DNA of 64,000 nt. It comes from Shigella phage vB_SsoM_113. The notes under the pieces are model-generated. The model made no database searches. It saw nothing but the letters and a program-made list of their open reading frames with translations, and had not been told where the DNA came from. Positions 16,874 to 26,391 of this stretch are shown in pieces. Position numbers and translations under genes: made by a program. The stretch lies in the sequence record LR746311; one strand, 5' to 3'. Position 1 is the stretch's first letter. Every line of letters starts with the position of its first letter.

Positions 16874-17883
16874 TGAAAACAGTAATGAAAAGCTATTTTG
16901 GTAGTCATCTTTATGGAACTTCTACTCCAGAATCTGATGTAGATTTTAAAGAAATCTTTGTTCCTCCTGCTCGCGATATTCTTATCGGAAATGTTAAAGA
17001 GCATATGAGTAAAAACACTAACAACACATCATCTAAAAACACTAAAGATGATATTGACCATGAACTATATAGTCTTAAGTATTTCTTTAAATTAGCTGCA
17101 GATGGTGAAACTGTAGCATTGGATATGCTCCACACTCCACCGGAACTAGTGGTTAAATCTGATTTGCCTGATGTATGGAAGTTTATTCAAGACAATCGTT
17201 CTCGTTTTTATACGACTAACATGAAATCCTATTTAGGATATGTTCGCAAGCAAGCTTCTAAATACGGTGTTAAGGGTTCTCGTTTGGCCGCATTACGTGA
17301 TGTATTGAAAGTAGTTAATCAAATCCCTGAGCAATGGGTTGATTACCAAGAAGACGGTTCCATTAAGCAGCGTCGAACTAAAGTTGAAGATATTAAGCAT
17401 CGTCTTCCAGAGAACGAATTCTGTGAATGGGTATTCCATAATCATGAGAAAACAGGCCCACAAACGTTCTACACCGTGTTGGGTCGTAAATATCAAACAA
17501 TGCTTTCTCTTATCGAGCTTAAGCAATCTTTGAATAAACTTGATGCTGAATACGGCGAACGCGCTCGTAAGGCCGAAGCTAATGAGGGCATTGACTGGAA
17601 AGCTCTGAGTCATGCTTGCCGTGGTGGACTCCAACTATTGGAAATTTACAAAACTGGTGACTTAGTCTATCCACTTCAAGATGCTCCATTTATTCTCGAC
17701 GTGAAGTTGGGTAAACATCCATTTAAAACTGTTCAAGAGTTTTTGGAAGATGTGGTCGATCAAGTAGAAGCAGCATCCATTGAAGCTTCTAAGAACGGTA
17801 TGCAGCAAAAAGTAGACATGGGTTTCTGGGATGACTTCCTTGAGAGGGTTTATCTTGAAAACCACCGAAGTTATTATAAATGA
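16870..17883 (+). CDS. Pol-beta superfamily nucleotidyltransferase-like protein (337 aa)
   Basis: N-terminal YFGSHLYGTSTPESDVDF fits the GS-x10-DxD nucleotidyltransferase signature; about 230-aa helical C-terminal extension. Confidence 0.65.
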   Translation: MMKTVMKSYFGSHLYGTSTPESDVDFKEIFVPPARDILIGNVKEHMSKNTNNTSSKNTKDDIDHELYSLKYFFKLAADGETVALDMLHTPPELVVKSDLPDVWKFIQDNRSRFYTTNMKSYLGYVRKQASKYGVKGSRLAALRDVLKVVNQIPEQWVDYQEDGSIKQRRTKVEDIKHRLPENEFCEWVFHNHEKTGPQTFYTVLGRKYQTMLSLIELKQSLNKLDAEYGERARKAEANEGIDWKALSHACRGGLQLLEIYKTGDLVYPLQDAPFILDVKLGKHPFKTVQEFLEDVVDQVEAASIEASKNGMQQKVDMGFWDDFLERVYLENHRSYYK

Positions 17884-17885
17884 TA

Positions 17886-17909
17886 GGGAGCCTTCGGGCT
17901 CCCTTTTTT
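17886..17909 (+). terminator. rho-independent terminator
   Basis: GGGAGCC-TTCG-GGCTCCC followed by TTTTTT. Confidence 0.8.
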
Positions 17910-17933
17910 ATTTCAAAATTTTTTCACAAAACG

Positions 17934-17963
17934 GTTTACAAGCATAAAGCTTTATGGTACTAT
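17934..17963 (+). promoter_or_regulatory. T4-type early promoter (repeated cassette)
   Basis: TTTTTTCACAAAACGGTTTACA ... TGGTACTATACAACTATCAACT, near-identical to cassettes at 3151 and 45311. Confidence 0.7.
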
Positions 17964-17997
17964 ACAACTATCAACTGATACGGATTTGGGGAATAAA

Positions 17998-18147
17998 ATG
18001 AAAACTACGTTAATTGAAGTAAAAAAGTTGATTGACACAGAAGAAATTTCAGCTTATTTTGAAAATTTCTTAGAAGATGCAACTGAAGATAACGCAGTTT
18101 ATCTCGCTCAGAAAATTATAGAAACATATTTGGAGCAGAATCAATGA
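17998..18147 (+). CDS. hypothetical small acidic protein (49 aa)
   Basis: Hand-translated ORF with SD GGGG upstream and cassette-type leader; below the track cut-off. Confidence 0.4.
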   Translation: MKTTLIEVKKLIDTEEISAYFENFLEDATEDNAVYLAQKIIETYLEQNQ

Positions 18148-18407
18148 CAGTTTACGTAGATGTTTTAATGAATCATGGATGGAAACTTCGCGGTCATCCA
18201 ACTAAAAATTGTCATATGTTCACTGATGGAGATATTGAAGAGCTTCATAAAATGGCAGAAGCAATAGGAATGAAACGTTCTTGGTTTCAAGATAAACGCA
18301 TTAAACATTATGACTTACATGCTCGCCGACGCCAAAAAGCCGTAGAACTTGGAGCTGTAGAAGTATCTCGTCGCGAAGCAGTAAAAATTTGGCAAACATT
18401 AAAATAA
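18144..18407 (+). CDS. DUF4031-like small protein (87 aa)
   Basis: MTVYVD...HYDL pattern recalled for the DUF4031 family; assignment tentative. Confidence 0.5.
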   Translation: MTVYVDVLMNHGWKLRGHPTKNCHMFTDGDIEELHKMAEAIGMKRSWFQDKRIKHYDLHARRRQKAVELGAVEVSRREAVKIWQTLK

Positions 18408-18410
18408 ATT

Positions 18411-18440
18411 GTTTACAGTAGGGTAGTAGTGTGATACTAT
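18411..18440 (+). promoter_or_regulatory. T4-type early promoter with flanking dyad
   Basis: GTTTAC at 18411-18416, -10 TACTAT; inverted repeat TAGGGTAGTAG / CTATTACCCTA. Confidence 0.6.
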
Positions 18441-18476
18441 TACCCTATCAAAACAAATGTGAAATTGGAGAATAAA

Positions 18477-19445
18477 ATGAAAACTGTAACTATCAATAAG
18501 GGTATCTACTTCGGTAAAGAAATCTCTGGAACTTTTGAGCTCTTAGGCGAATGGTTCCCAGATAATGCTCCGGTAGATGCACAAGGAGATGGTAAAGTTT
18601 TTGTTGAAATTGACGGTAAACGTCGCGGTGTTTGGGTTTACAAATCAGATATTTCATATGATGGTGTAAAAGTTGAAGAAGTTAAAGAATCGTATGAAGA
18701 TATGAAAACCCGCATTAATAAAAGATTTAATGTTATGGGAATGATGACGAATGGTATTATTAATGGAAATATTCGTTCATTGATTATCTCTGGTGCAGCA
18801 GGTATTGGTAAAACGTATTCTTTAGATAAAGCTTTGAATAAAGCAAATGATATTGGATACATTGAATATAAAAGCATTAATGGTAAAATCTCTGGTATTG
18901 GTCTTTATGAGCAGCTTTGGAATAATCGTGAAGAGAATTCTGTCCTTTTGATTGATGATGTGGATGTTTTCTCTGATATGGATATTCTTAATCTTCTAAA
19001 AGCCGCTCTGGACACTGGAGAGACCCGTAAAGTCTGCTGGAGCACTGCGTCTTCTTACTTAGAAGAAAAAGGCATTGAGCGTGAGTTTGAATTTAAAGGA
19101 ACGATTGTTTTTATCACAAACGTTGACATTGACCGCGAATTAGACCGTGGTACTAAACTTGCTCCACATTTACAAGCATTAGTGTCCCGCTCGGTTTATT
19201 TAGATTTGGGTGTTCACACTAATGAAGAAATTATGGTCAGGGTTGAAGATGTTATTCTTTCAACTGACATGATGCAAAAGCGCGGTCTTTCTGATGAAGA
19301 AACTTATAAAGCATTATCATGGATGAAAGTTAATGTTAATCGTTTACGCAATGTTTCACTGCGTACTGCTCTTTATCTTGCTGACTTTATTATGACCGAC
19401 AAAAACGGTTGGGAAGAAATCGCTGAGGTTACTCTTCTGAAATAA
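18477..19445 (+). CDS. AAA+/P-loop ATPase (322 aa)
   Basis: Walker A GAAGIGKT, Walker B LLIDDVD, sensor-like FITNVD; ATG at 18477 with GGAG upstream. Confidence 0.7.
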   Translation: MKTVTINKGIYFGKEISGTFELLGEWFPDNAPVDAQGDGKVFVEIDGKRRGVWVYKSDISYDGVKVEEVKESYEDMKTRINKRFNVMGMMTNGIINGNIRSLIISGAAGIGKTYSLDKALNKANDIGYIEYKSINGKISGIGLYEQLWNNREENSVLLIDDVDVFSDMDILNLLKAALDTGETRKVCWSTASSYLEEKGIEREFEFKGTIVFITNVDIDRELDRGTKLAPHLQALVSRSVYLDLGVHTNEEIMVRVEDVILSTDMMQKRGLSDEETYKALSWMKVNVNRLRNVSLRTALYLADFIMTDKNGWEEIAEVTLLK

Positions 19446-19546
19446 TTCATAAGAGGACTTCTATGACAAAAAGGCAGTTCAGAAATAGATTATATGGACT
19501 GCCATTAAAAAGATGACTAGAATTAAACTGGTGAATGGAGGTAGTG

Positions 19547-19849
19547 ATGTTATACTCAAAGGCTCGTGAAATTTACGAAACTAAAATTAAAGAAGCAGTA
19601 TTTCAGTTCGCAACGACAATGCGATGGACAAATGACTGGGAGTATTCAAAAAATCATAAGAAGCCCATGGTGACAAGAAAGGCTCATATGTTAGTGTTAA
19701 TAGACCGTGAGCAGATTAAAGCCCGAGAAGCCCTCCAGAATCATAAAAAGGCTGCCTTTGAATGGTTTATGGATAACACTGCTCCTGAGACCAAGAAAGC
19801 GGTAAGTGCATGGTTCAGTGGAAAAAATTGTGAAAGAAGTTTCTTTTAG
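19547..19849 (+). CDS. hypothetical protein (100 aa)
   Basis: ATG at 19547 after GGAGG; track ORF starts at 19535. Confidence 0.5.
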   Translation: MLYSKAREIYETKIKEAVFQFATTMRWTNDWEYSKNHKKPMVTRKAHMLVLIDREQIKAREALQNHKKAAFEWFMDNTAPETKKAVSAWFSGKNCERSFF

Positions 19850-19851
19850 TG

Positions 19852-19881
19852 GTTTACAAGACTGTTCCTCTGTGGTACTAT
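19852..19881 (+). promoter_or_regulatory. T4-type early promoter (repeated cassette)
   Basis: GTTTACAAGACTGTTCCTCTGTGGTACTATACAACTATCAACT, identical over about 45 bp to 45324-45366. Confidence 0.7.
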
Positions 19882-19909
19882 ACAACTATCAACTACGGAG
19901 GAACACAAA

Positions 19910-20437
19910 ATGAACGCTAAAGATATTTTCAACTTGGTAAATTACAACGATGGTAAATTTAAATCTGAGGCACAAAGCAAGTTCTTTAATGACATCTCAA
20001 TCGGAGGTGAAATCACTGTTGATGGAGGACAAATTTACAAATCCCGTTGGAATTGGATCGTTATTATTGATGAGATCGGTATTGTAGAAATTTACAAAAA
20101 TACGAATAAAAATCGTACATTACACTGGTCTCGTGATACTAACGAACAGTACAAAAAGGATAAAGCATCTAAATTATCTCGTGTAACTCAAGAAGATATT
20201 GAGTTCATCAAGAAAGATATTTTAATGTATGATAACTTAATTGCTGAAGAGCAAGCTGTTATTGATAAATTTGACGAGATTAAAGCTTCTCGTGAAATTC
20301 CTGATTTTATGAAAGAATCAGTAAATGAACGATACACTCTCATTTCAGAGCGTATTGAAACTTACAAAAAGCAAAGAGCTGAACGCCAAAATACTCTTCG
20401 GAAGTTTGAAGAACGGTTAAAGACGGTACTCGCATAA
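19910..20437 (+). CDS. hypothetical protein (175 aa)
   Basis: ORF track; SD GGAGG upstream. Confidence 0.6.
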   Translation: MNAKDIFNLVNYNDGKFKSEAQSKFFNDISIGGEITVDGGQIYKSRWNWIVIIDEIGIVEIYKNTNKNRTLHWSRDTNEQYKKDKASKLSRVTQEDIEFIKKDILMYDNLIAEEQAVIDKFDEIKASREIPDFMKESVNERYTLISERIETYKKQRAERQNTLRKFEERLKTVLA

Positions 20438-20440
20438 CCG

Positions 20441-20463
20441 CTTTATACCAAGGATGGTATAAT
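20441..20463 (+). promoter_or_regulatory. extended -10 promoter-like element inside a palindrome
   Basis: TTATACC-AAGGAT-GGTATAAT: TGGTATAAT extended -10 within a 7-bp inverted repeat; no clear -35. Confidence 0.35.
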
Positions 20464-20492
20464 GGTTCTAAGCCCTTTTAATTGAGATTATT

Positions 20493-20900
20493 ATGAAACA
20501 GTTGATAATTAAAAGATTGAATTTATTGATATGTTGTTTATGTGTAGTAGTTGCATATGGTTATTACGCAATTAATGATTATATGCATTATAAAGATTAT
20601 GATGTTACTGTAGTTAATACCATTACAGGAACACAAGGAAAAGGGTCTAGTTTATCGTTTATTGCCGTATATGAACTCAAAGATGGTTATAGATTTAGTG
20701 AATATATTTCCCCAGAGATGTATTCTTCAATAGAAAAAGGTGATAATATTACTGTAAGTTTACGTCCTTTCGACGTAAAACAGACATTGTTTGATAATAT
20801 TGTTTGGTTCTTTGGAATGGTATTAGTTCAATCTGTGTGTGGTGCTTATATAGTCTGTTCCATCTTATTCTGTATATTTAGTAAAATTGAAATTGAGTGA
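20493..20900 (+). CDS. membrane protein (135 aa)
   Basis: ORF track; N- and C-terminal hydrophobic helices. Confidence 0.6.
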   Translation: MKQLIIKRLNLLICCLCVVVAYGYYAINDYMHYKDYDVTVVNTITGTQGKGSSLSFIAVYELKDGYRFSEYISPEMYSSIEKGDNITVSLRPFDVKQTLFDNIVWFFGMVLVQSVCGAYIVCSILFCIFSKIEIE

Positions 20901-20907
20901 GGAAAAT

Positions 20908-21798
20908 ATGTCAGTAGTAATTAATAATGTCAATGCAGTAATTAAATCTTTAGTTAATAAAAAAATGATGAATGAATGGACTGTATTTCGCAGTGCAGAG
21001 CCAGATAAATTTTTTCATAGATTTAACCCAACTTTGGATTTGAATGTTATTGACAGAGATGTTCATGCAGAAATTTTAGATAAGTTTAAAGTTGATATTG
21101 GATTTGGATTAGAAAAACATTTGCAGCGAACAAACGGATCTGGAATGAGTTTATCTAATCGCATTATGAAAGCCCTTAATAAAATTGGAGCATTGTCTCG
21201 TATTAACGCGAGTGAAATCCTTCGTAATTATAATAAAGGATATGACCTTTATGGTCGACTAATGCCAAAATTATCATTCGATCAAATGATTGCGGATTTG
21301 TGGGAAAATCAAAGACGATTATTAGCATTAGGCGCTCGATTAGCTAAAGGTCTAGATAAACAAATGATTTTTAAGACCAATAATACAGAAGACCTTAAAT
21401 GCTTTAAATTTAGTATTCGTGGCGATGATTATTATATCAGAGCTCGCTCTACAGATTATGTCAATATGGGGCATCATCTCTGTTTAGCTTTTGAAGTTTT
21501 AAAAGAAGCTGGAACATTAGAATATTCATCTGGTGCAAAATGCCCTATTGGTTCAAGTTGTATTTTAATTTATCGCCCGGATGAATCCAGTTCAACTACA
21601 TTGCCTACGAAACCTGTATCAGTTCGTAGTAACGAAAAACATTCTGAACAAATTGATTATTTTAATAAACAGATTGAAGAGCTGAATATTTCTATTCAAC
21701 AATATGATGATGAAATTTTCAGACTATCTGGACTGAGTAGTAAAGCTAAATCTGAGCGTGAAAAGTTAATTAAAATTGTCGATTTACTTAAATCTTAA
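20908..21798 (+). CDS. paralog family member A, C-terminal coiled coil (296 aa)
   Basis: ATG at 20908 after GAGGAAAA; helical tail EQIDYFNKQIEELNISIQQYDDEIFRL... Confidence 0.65.
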   Translation: MSVVINNVNAVIKSLVNKKMMNEWTVFRSAEPDKFFHRFNPTLDLNVIDRDVHAEILDKFKVDIGFGLEKHLQRTNGSGMSLSNRIMKALNKIGALSRINASEILRNYNKGYDLYGRLMPKLSFDQMIADLWENQRRLLALGARLAKGLDKQMIFKTNNTEDLKCFKFSIRGDDYYIRARSTDYVNMGHHLCLAFEVLKEAGTLEYSSGAKCPIGSSCILIYRPDESSSTTLPTKPVSVRSNEKHSEQIDYFNKQIEELNISIQQYDDEIFRLSGLSSKAKSEREKLIKIVDLLKS

Positions 21799-21806
21799 GG
21801 AATACC

Positions 21807-22829
21807 ATGAAAACTCGTTCTCAAATTGAAGATATGGTTCGTAATGCCAGCTATACTCGTGATGCTATGACGTTTTTGTGTGAAAATAATTTAGACCTTG
21901 GTAAAGTTAATTGTTCCATTCATGCCTTTAAACATCTGAACAGCAGTGAATGGGTGCGCAATTTTAACCAAGCAGGATATATTACACAAATGACGGCTCG
22001 TGAGCAGCTCACTGATTTCTGTAAAACTATTGATTATAAAAATCCTCTATTTGTTCAAGGTGTTGGCCAAAGTAAGGTCGATTTATCATCTGGATTTTTC
22101 AATCCAAATCATTATCGTATTGAATGGAGATTTATTGCTCTATTCCGTAAACAATTAAAACAAATTTTATCAATTGCGAGTCGATTAAAAGGTTCTGATA
22201 TTAACTTAAAGAATCTGAAATTTGATGGTTATACTCTTCAGATGGAAGTAAGACCATTAAAAGAAAATAACAGAACTGCGCGAATTAGCTTTAAACCTAA
22301 TACAAAAAATTCTCTTTCAATTTGCGAATGCCTTAAATCACAGTTGACAGAAGCATTTAAGTATATGGATGTTGTTGCCGCTGTTCAGTCTAAGATTTTA
22401 CCTCATTTTGAGCGAAATTGGGAACATACAACAACGTATGAACTTGATATGATCGTTTCATTTAAATACGATTTTTTGAGAAAGGACGAAGTCCCACAAG
22501 AGAAAAAGCAGGAAGTGCAAGATAACTTAAATTTATCCAATTACTCATCAAACGATCCTAAATTTTGGATGTATAGTTCAAGTAATAAAGATGCATGGAA
22601 ATTCAATAAAGTGAATTTTCTTCCTGTTGAAAATCCGAGTCTTAAACCTGTTGAAAAATGGCATGCGGATGCGATTGAGAAGTCTATCAAGGCAGTAGAT
22701 GATGAACTCGTTAAAGCAACTAATGAAGTGTTAGAAGCTGAAAAGATGCTAGAAAAAGCTCAAGAAAAAGTCAAAAATCTTACGAAGCAACGTTCTAAAC
22801 TGAACAATGCACTAAATGCACTAAACTAG
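21807..22829 (+). CDS. paralog family member B, C-terminal coiled coil (340 aa)
   Basis: ORF track; internal motif WRFIALFRKQLKQILSIASRL shared with member C; coiled-coil tail. Confidence 0.65.
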   Translation: MKTRSQIEDMVRNASYTRDAMTFLCENNLDLGKVNCSIHAFKHLNSSEWVRNFNQAGYITQMTAREQLTDFCKTIDYKNPLFVQGVGQSKVDLSSGFFNPNHYRIEWRFIALFRKQLKQILSIASRLKGSDINLKNLKFDGYTLQMEVRPLKENNRTARISFKPNTKNSLSICECLKSQLTEAFKYMDVVAAVQSKILPHFERNWEHTTTYELDMIVSFKYDFLRKDEVPQEKKQEVQDNLNLSNYSSNDPKFWMYSSSNKDAWKFNKVNFLPVENPSLKPVEKWHADAIEKSIKAVDDELVKATNEVLEAEKMLEKAQEKVKNLTKQRSKLNNALNALN

Positions 22830-22859
22830 TTTACTTTGCCACAAGGATGTGGTATAATG
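22830..22859 (+). promoter_or_regulatory. T4-type early promoter
   Basis: GTTTAC, 18-bp spacer, TGGTATAAT. Confidence 0.65.
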
Positions 22860-22886
22860 TTCTTACTTTCTACTGAGGAGATTAAT

Positions 22887-23888
22887 ATGACTCGTAACGA
22901 ATATATCAAATCATTCAATAGCGTTATTGATGATAAAGTTAAGACTGTGTCTAGTCAGAATAGTGTTATTTCCATTATCAATCAATGGCTCAATAATACT
23001 GATGCAAGTATTGTTTCTTCAAGCAAATTTATTCATGAAGTTCATAAAATTTCTAGTCGCGAATATAAAGATGATATTAAGGAAACTTTTAAAGGTTCTC
23101 GTCTTCTTTCATATTTAGTTAATCAAGATATTCTTGGTAAATTTGGGAAAGAAATTAAACGAACTAAAGATGTAGTAGGATACAGTTGGTTCGGTGATGT
23201 TAATTCTTATCATCTTAATAATAAAGAAGACCCTGAGAATATTTTTACTCGTCGTTGGATTAGTAATTTTAGACTTTTCAAGAAGCAAATTCTAAAATCA
23301 GCTTCTAAATTATGCTATGGTGATTATCGTCAAATCCATCCTTGGGCTTCTGATATGATTATCATAAAAGAATATGAGCTTGATAAAAATAAAGCAGCTA
23401 TTTTTGTGAATTATGAATTTTTTACACCAGAAGCTAATCAAAAGAACATTAATAAATTTTTCTCAATTGCTAGCGATATAACTCGTCAGTTAGAGACCGC
23501 ATTACTTTGTATGGAAACAGTAGAAAATATTCATACTTATCCTTTTAAGAATATATGCGGTTGGGAAGGATATAAAATTGTAGTTAGTCTCCGTGAAGTA
23601 AAGTGTGCGTACTCACCGACTGATAAAGAAATTTACCAACAAAAATGTGATGAAATTGTGAATACTCCTAAAGAAGAAACTACCCTTGAGGAACTAATGG
23701 AATGTCTTGACGATTCACCTGAACCGGTAGAAATTCGTCCAGAAGTTATTGCACTAGAAAAAGCTTATAAAGAAGTTCTAGAAATTTCTAATAAAGCGCA
23801 GAAAGATTATGAGCAGGCTAAAAGGATTTGGGAAGAATCTGTTAATCGCCTGGATCGTCTTGAACAAGCTTTACAGTTAATTAAGTAA
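22887..23888 (+). CDS. paralog family member C, C-terminal coiled coil (333 aa)
   Basis: ATG at 22887 after GAGGAG; internal motif WISNFRLFKKQILKSASKL; coiled-coil tail. Confidence 0.65.
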   Translation: MTRNEYIKSFNSVIDDKVKTVSSQNSVISIINQWLNNTDASIVSSSKFIHEVHKISSREYKDDIKETFKGSRLLSYLVNQDILGKFGKEIKRTKDVVGYSWFGDVNSYHLNNKEDPENIFTRRWISNFRLFKKQILKSASKLCYGDYRQIHPWASDMIIIKEYELDKNKAAIFVNYEFFTPEANQKNINKFFSIASDITRQLETALLCMETVENIHTYPFKNICGWEGYKIVVSLREVKCAYSPTDKEIYQQKCDEIVNTPKEETTLEELMECLDDSPEPVEIRPEVIALEKAYKEVLEISNKAQKDYEQAKRIWEESVNRLDRLEQALQLIK

Positions 23889-23940
23889 TTTAAAGCCAAG
23901 GATGGCTCGGAGTATAAATCATTAACCAAGTGAGAAGAAC

Positions 23941-24867
23941 ATGAAAACTCGTAAACATTATATTGATTATTTTGACAGCCTTATTACTAAACACCGTAAT
24001 TATCAGATCGGACACAGAGCAGTAATCAATAATATTCTTCGTGATTTTTTAGACTATATTGGATGGGAAAACCATATTTGTAAAGATACACAAAATGCAT
24101 ATTCACATTCTCTTGGTTCTTTGCTAGAGTGGTTCAAACGTTCCCGATTACTATCTTCTGTAATAGCTGTTAATAATGTTAAAAAATTTATGTATCCAAG
24201 CTACATTGAGACTAATGTATCAAATGCTAATGTTGTTACATTTAATATTATTAATGACGTGAAAAGAACTTATTTAGAAGAATGGTTTTCTAAAAATAGT
24301 AAAGAAAAATTCGCTAGTGAGTTTTCAGGTGAATTTAATGAGAACGTTAATATGCTTTTTAAGCATTCTCGTAGACTGTTTTGTCATGGTGATAATCGTA
24401 CTATTAATGTGAATGTAAAAGACTGGGTTACTGCTAAATTCACTCCATCATCCCAGAATGGACAATTTGAATTATCAATTATCATTTGTGCTCCGCACGA
24501 GATATATAAAAATCTTCCGTATATGAAACCGCACGAAGCTAATAAACACAATGAAACTATTAGTTCTTTGGCTTATAATTTGCGTGAGTTATTATCTAAT
24601 ATGGATGTAGTTAAATCCTTTGATGATAATACGAATTATGGTCTTTCACTGTTTGAAACTAAATTTGTTATTAAGTTAAAGGACCCCAGCGAATTTAAAC
24701 CTACACCAAAGCACAATCATGGGAATGATACTATGAAAGAAGAACGTGAATATCTCAGTGCTCGTTTGATTGAAGTTGAAAAACAGATTGAAGAGCATAC
24801 TAAAGTTCTTAAGGCTTTAACCGCCAAAGCAGATGGTTTACGTGATGCTATTGAGGTGCTGAAATGA
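23941..24867 (+). CDS. paralog family member D, C-terminal coiled coil (308 aa)
   Basis: ORF track; SD GAGAAG upstream; coiled-coil tail EEREYLSARLIEVEKQIEEHTKVLKAL... Confidence 0.65.
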   Translation: MKTRKHYIDYFDSLITKHRNYQIGHRAVINNILRDFLDYIGWENHICKDTQNAYSHSLGSLLEWFKRSRLLSSVIAVNNVKKFMYPSYIETNVSNANVVTFNIINDVKRTYLEEWFSKNSKEKFASEFSGEFNENVNMLFKHSRRLFCHGDNRTINVNVKDWVTAKFTPSSQNGQFELSIIICAPHEIYKNLPYMKPHEANKHNETISSLAYNLRELLSNMDVVKSFDDNTNYGLSLFETKFVIKLKDPSEFKPTPKHNHGNDTMKEEREYLSARLIEVEKQIEEHTKVLKALTAKADGLRDAIEVLK

Positions 24868-25181
24868 AAAAGCGTCTATTAGAAGATATTGCAGCTTCAA
24901 GTAATTCCAGTCTAATTAAAATTATTATGGCTGGTGAAGAAGACGATTTGGAAATGCGTGGAAAGATTCATGGTTGTGACGATTTAGATTTTAAACCTCC
25001 AGCTTGGGATGCCATTATGGCTATGGTTGAACGTCGCGAAAGGGCTTCTAAAAACGTTCCTAATTGTCCTGAATGCGGTACTGAACAGGTACAATTAGTT
25101 CATTGGCAAACTAGTAATCTTCGTTATAAATGTCGTCATTGTAAACACCGATTTGAGAGAGAAGAAAATGTCCAAGCGTAA
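24864..25181 (+). CDS. zinc-ribbon protein (105 aa)
   Basis: C-terminal CPECG...CRHCKH four-Cys motif. Confidence 0.6.
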   Translation: MKKRLLEDIAASSNSSLIKIIMAGEEDDLEMRGKIHGCDDLDFKPPAWDAIMAMVERRERASKNVPNCPECGTEQVQLVHWQTSNLRYKCRHCKHRFEREENVQA

Positions 25182-25419
25182 AGAATATATGAAGACTGCT
25201 GAAATGGCAGTCCGCGAATTAGCAATAGCTTATTATTATGAACATGGTAAATTTCCTGATAGATACAGCGTGCTTAAATCTGCTTTAACTCGTTCATATA
25301 AAAATATGCTATCAGAAGTAAGTGATATTATATACAAACATAAAGAACAAACGGGCCAAAGTCTTGATTACGACGAGACTTTTAAACAAGTACTAGGAAT
25401 TAAGGAATATTATGTTTAA
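25168..25419 (+). CDS. hypothetical protein (83 aa)
   Basis: ATG at 25168; track ORF starts at 25153. Confidence 0.5.
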   Translation: MSKRKEYMKTAEMAVRELAIAYYYEHGKFPDRYSVLKSALTRSYKNMLSEVSDIIYKHKEQTGQSLDYDETFKQVLGIKEYYV

Positions 25420-25675
25420 AGTATATGGTTATGATAGCAGTATCCATAAATGCGTGTATTGTGATAATGCAAAACGTCTTTTGACTGTGAAGAAACAGCC
25501 GTTTGAATTTATCAACATTATGCCGGAAAAAGGTGTTTTTGATGATGAGAAAATCGCTGAGCTTCTGACGAAACTAGGTCGTGATACTCAAATTGGTTTG
25601 ACAATGCCGCAAGTATTTGCTCCTGATGGAAGTCATATTGGTGGATTTGACCAATTGCGGGAATACTTTAAATGA
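25412..25675 (+). CDS. nrdC: glutaredoxin/thioredoxin NrdC
   Basis: 87 aa; [23 protein letters not shown] with CVYC active site matches recalled T4 NrdC. Confidence 0.9.
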   Translation: MFKVYGYDSSIHKCVYCDNAKRLLTVKKQPFEFINIMPEKGVFDDEKIAELLTKLGRDTQIGLTMPQVFAPDGSHIGGFDQLREYFK

Positions 25676-25887
25676 TGCTCGAAGGAACTGATTATATCCA
25701 TGACTACCGCGGAAGCGCGGTATATGTAGGTGATGAGGTTGCAGTTTATTATGGGTATGGAACTTTGATGACAGCAAAGGTTATTCAAATTAAAAATAAT
25801 CGTGCTAAACTCGAAGTTTATTATTCTAATGGTGAAAAGTCTATTTCTAAATGGAAATATGGCGATTGTATGGTCAAACTGGGGTAA
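25672..25887 (+). CDS. hypothetical protein (71 aa)
   Basis: ORF track. Confidence 0.5.
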   Translation: MMLEGTDYIHDYRGSAVYVGDEVAVYYGYGTLMTAKVIQIKNNRAKLEVYYSNGEKSISKWKYGDCMVKLG

Positions 25888-25889
25888 AT

Positions 25890-26060
25890 ATGATTTACGA
25901 TATTAGCGTATCAAGAACTCCGTCAATGGTTACTATTCCTGCTGAAGAATTAGATCGTCTTCAGAAAATTGAAGAACTTCTTTGGGAAATTGAATCTGAT
26001 TTGCCATCAGGACTAGAATCCTGGATTGATTATGAAGAACTTAATAAATTGCGAAATTAA
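25890..26060 (+). CDS. hypothetical small protein (56 aa)
   Basis: ATG at 25890; track ORF starts at 25851. Confidence 0.4.
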   Translation: MIYDISVSRTPSMVTIPAEELDRLQKIEELLWEIESDLPSGLESWIDYEELNKLRN

Positions 26061-26070
26061 TTGGTGAAAA

Positions 26071-26391
26071 ATGACTATTGAAAATAAATTAGATGTTGAT
26101 GCAGTTCTGAGTGAAATCATCGAAGACCATGATGCATTTTCAGAAAATTATGATTTCGATTTTTCGGATTATCTTAAACCTGTCGAAATAGAAGATTGGG
26201 TACAAGATGGCAAATGCCAATATCGTCAGTGTGTTTATTTTAGTCCAAAACATAACGTTCATGTGTCTGTAAATGAAACTCGCTCAGGTTCTTACCATTC
26301 TGACTGGTATTATGCAGTTCCGACTGTTGAACTAGTCGAGCCCCATGAACGTGTAGTAACTCAGACAATACGAGAATGGATTACGCTATAA
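26071..26391 (+). CDS. hypothetical acidic protein (106 aa)
   Basis: ORF track. Confidence 0.55.
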   Translation: MTIENKLDVDAVLSEIIEDHDAFSENYDFDFSDYLKPVEIEDWVQDGKCQYRQCVYFSPKHNVHVSVNETRSGSYHSDWYYAVPTVELVEPHERVVTQTIREWITL

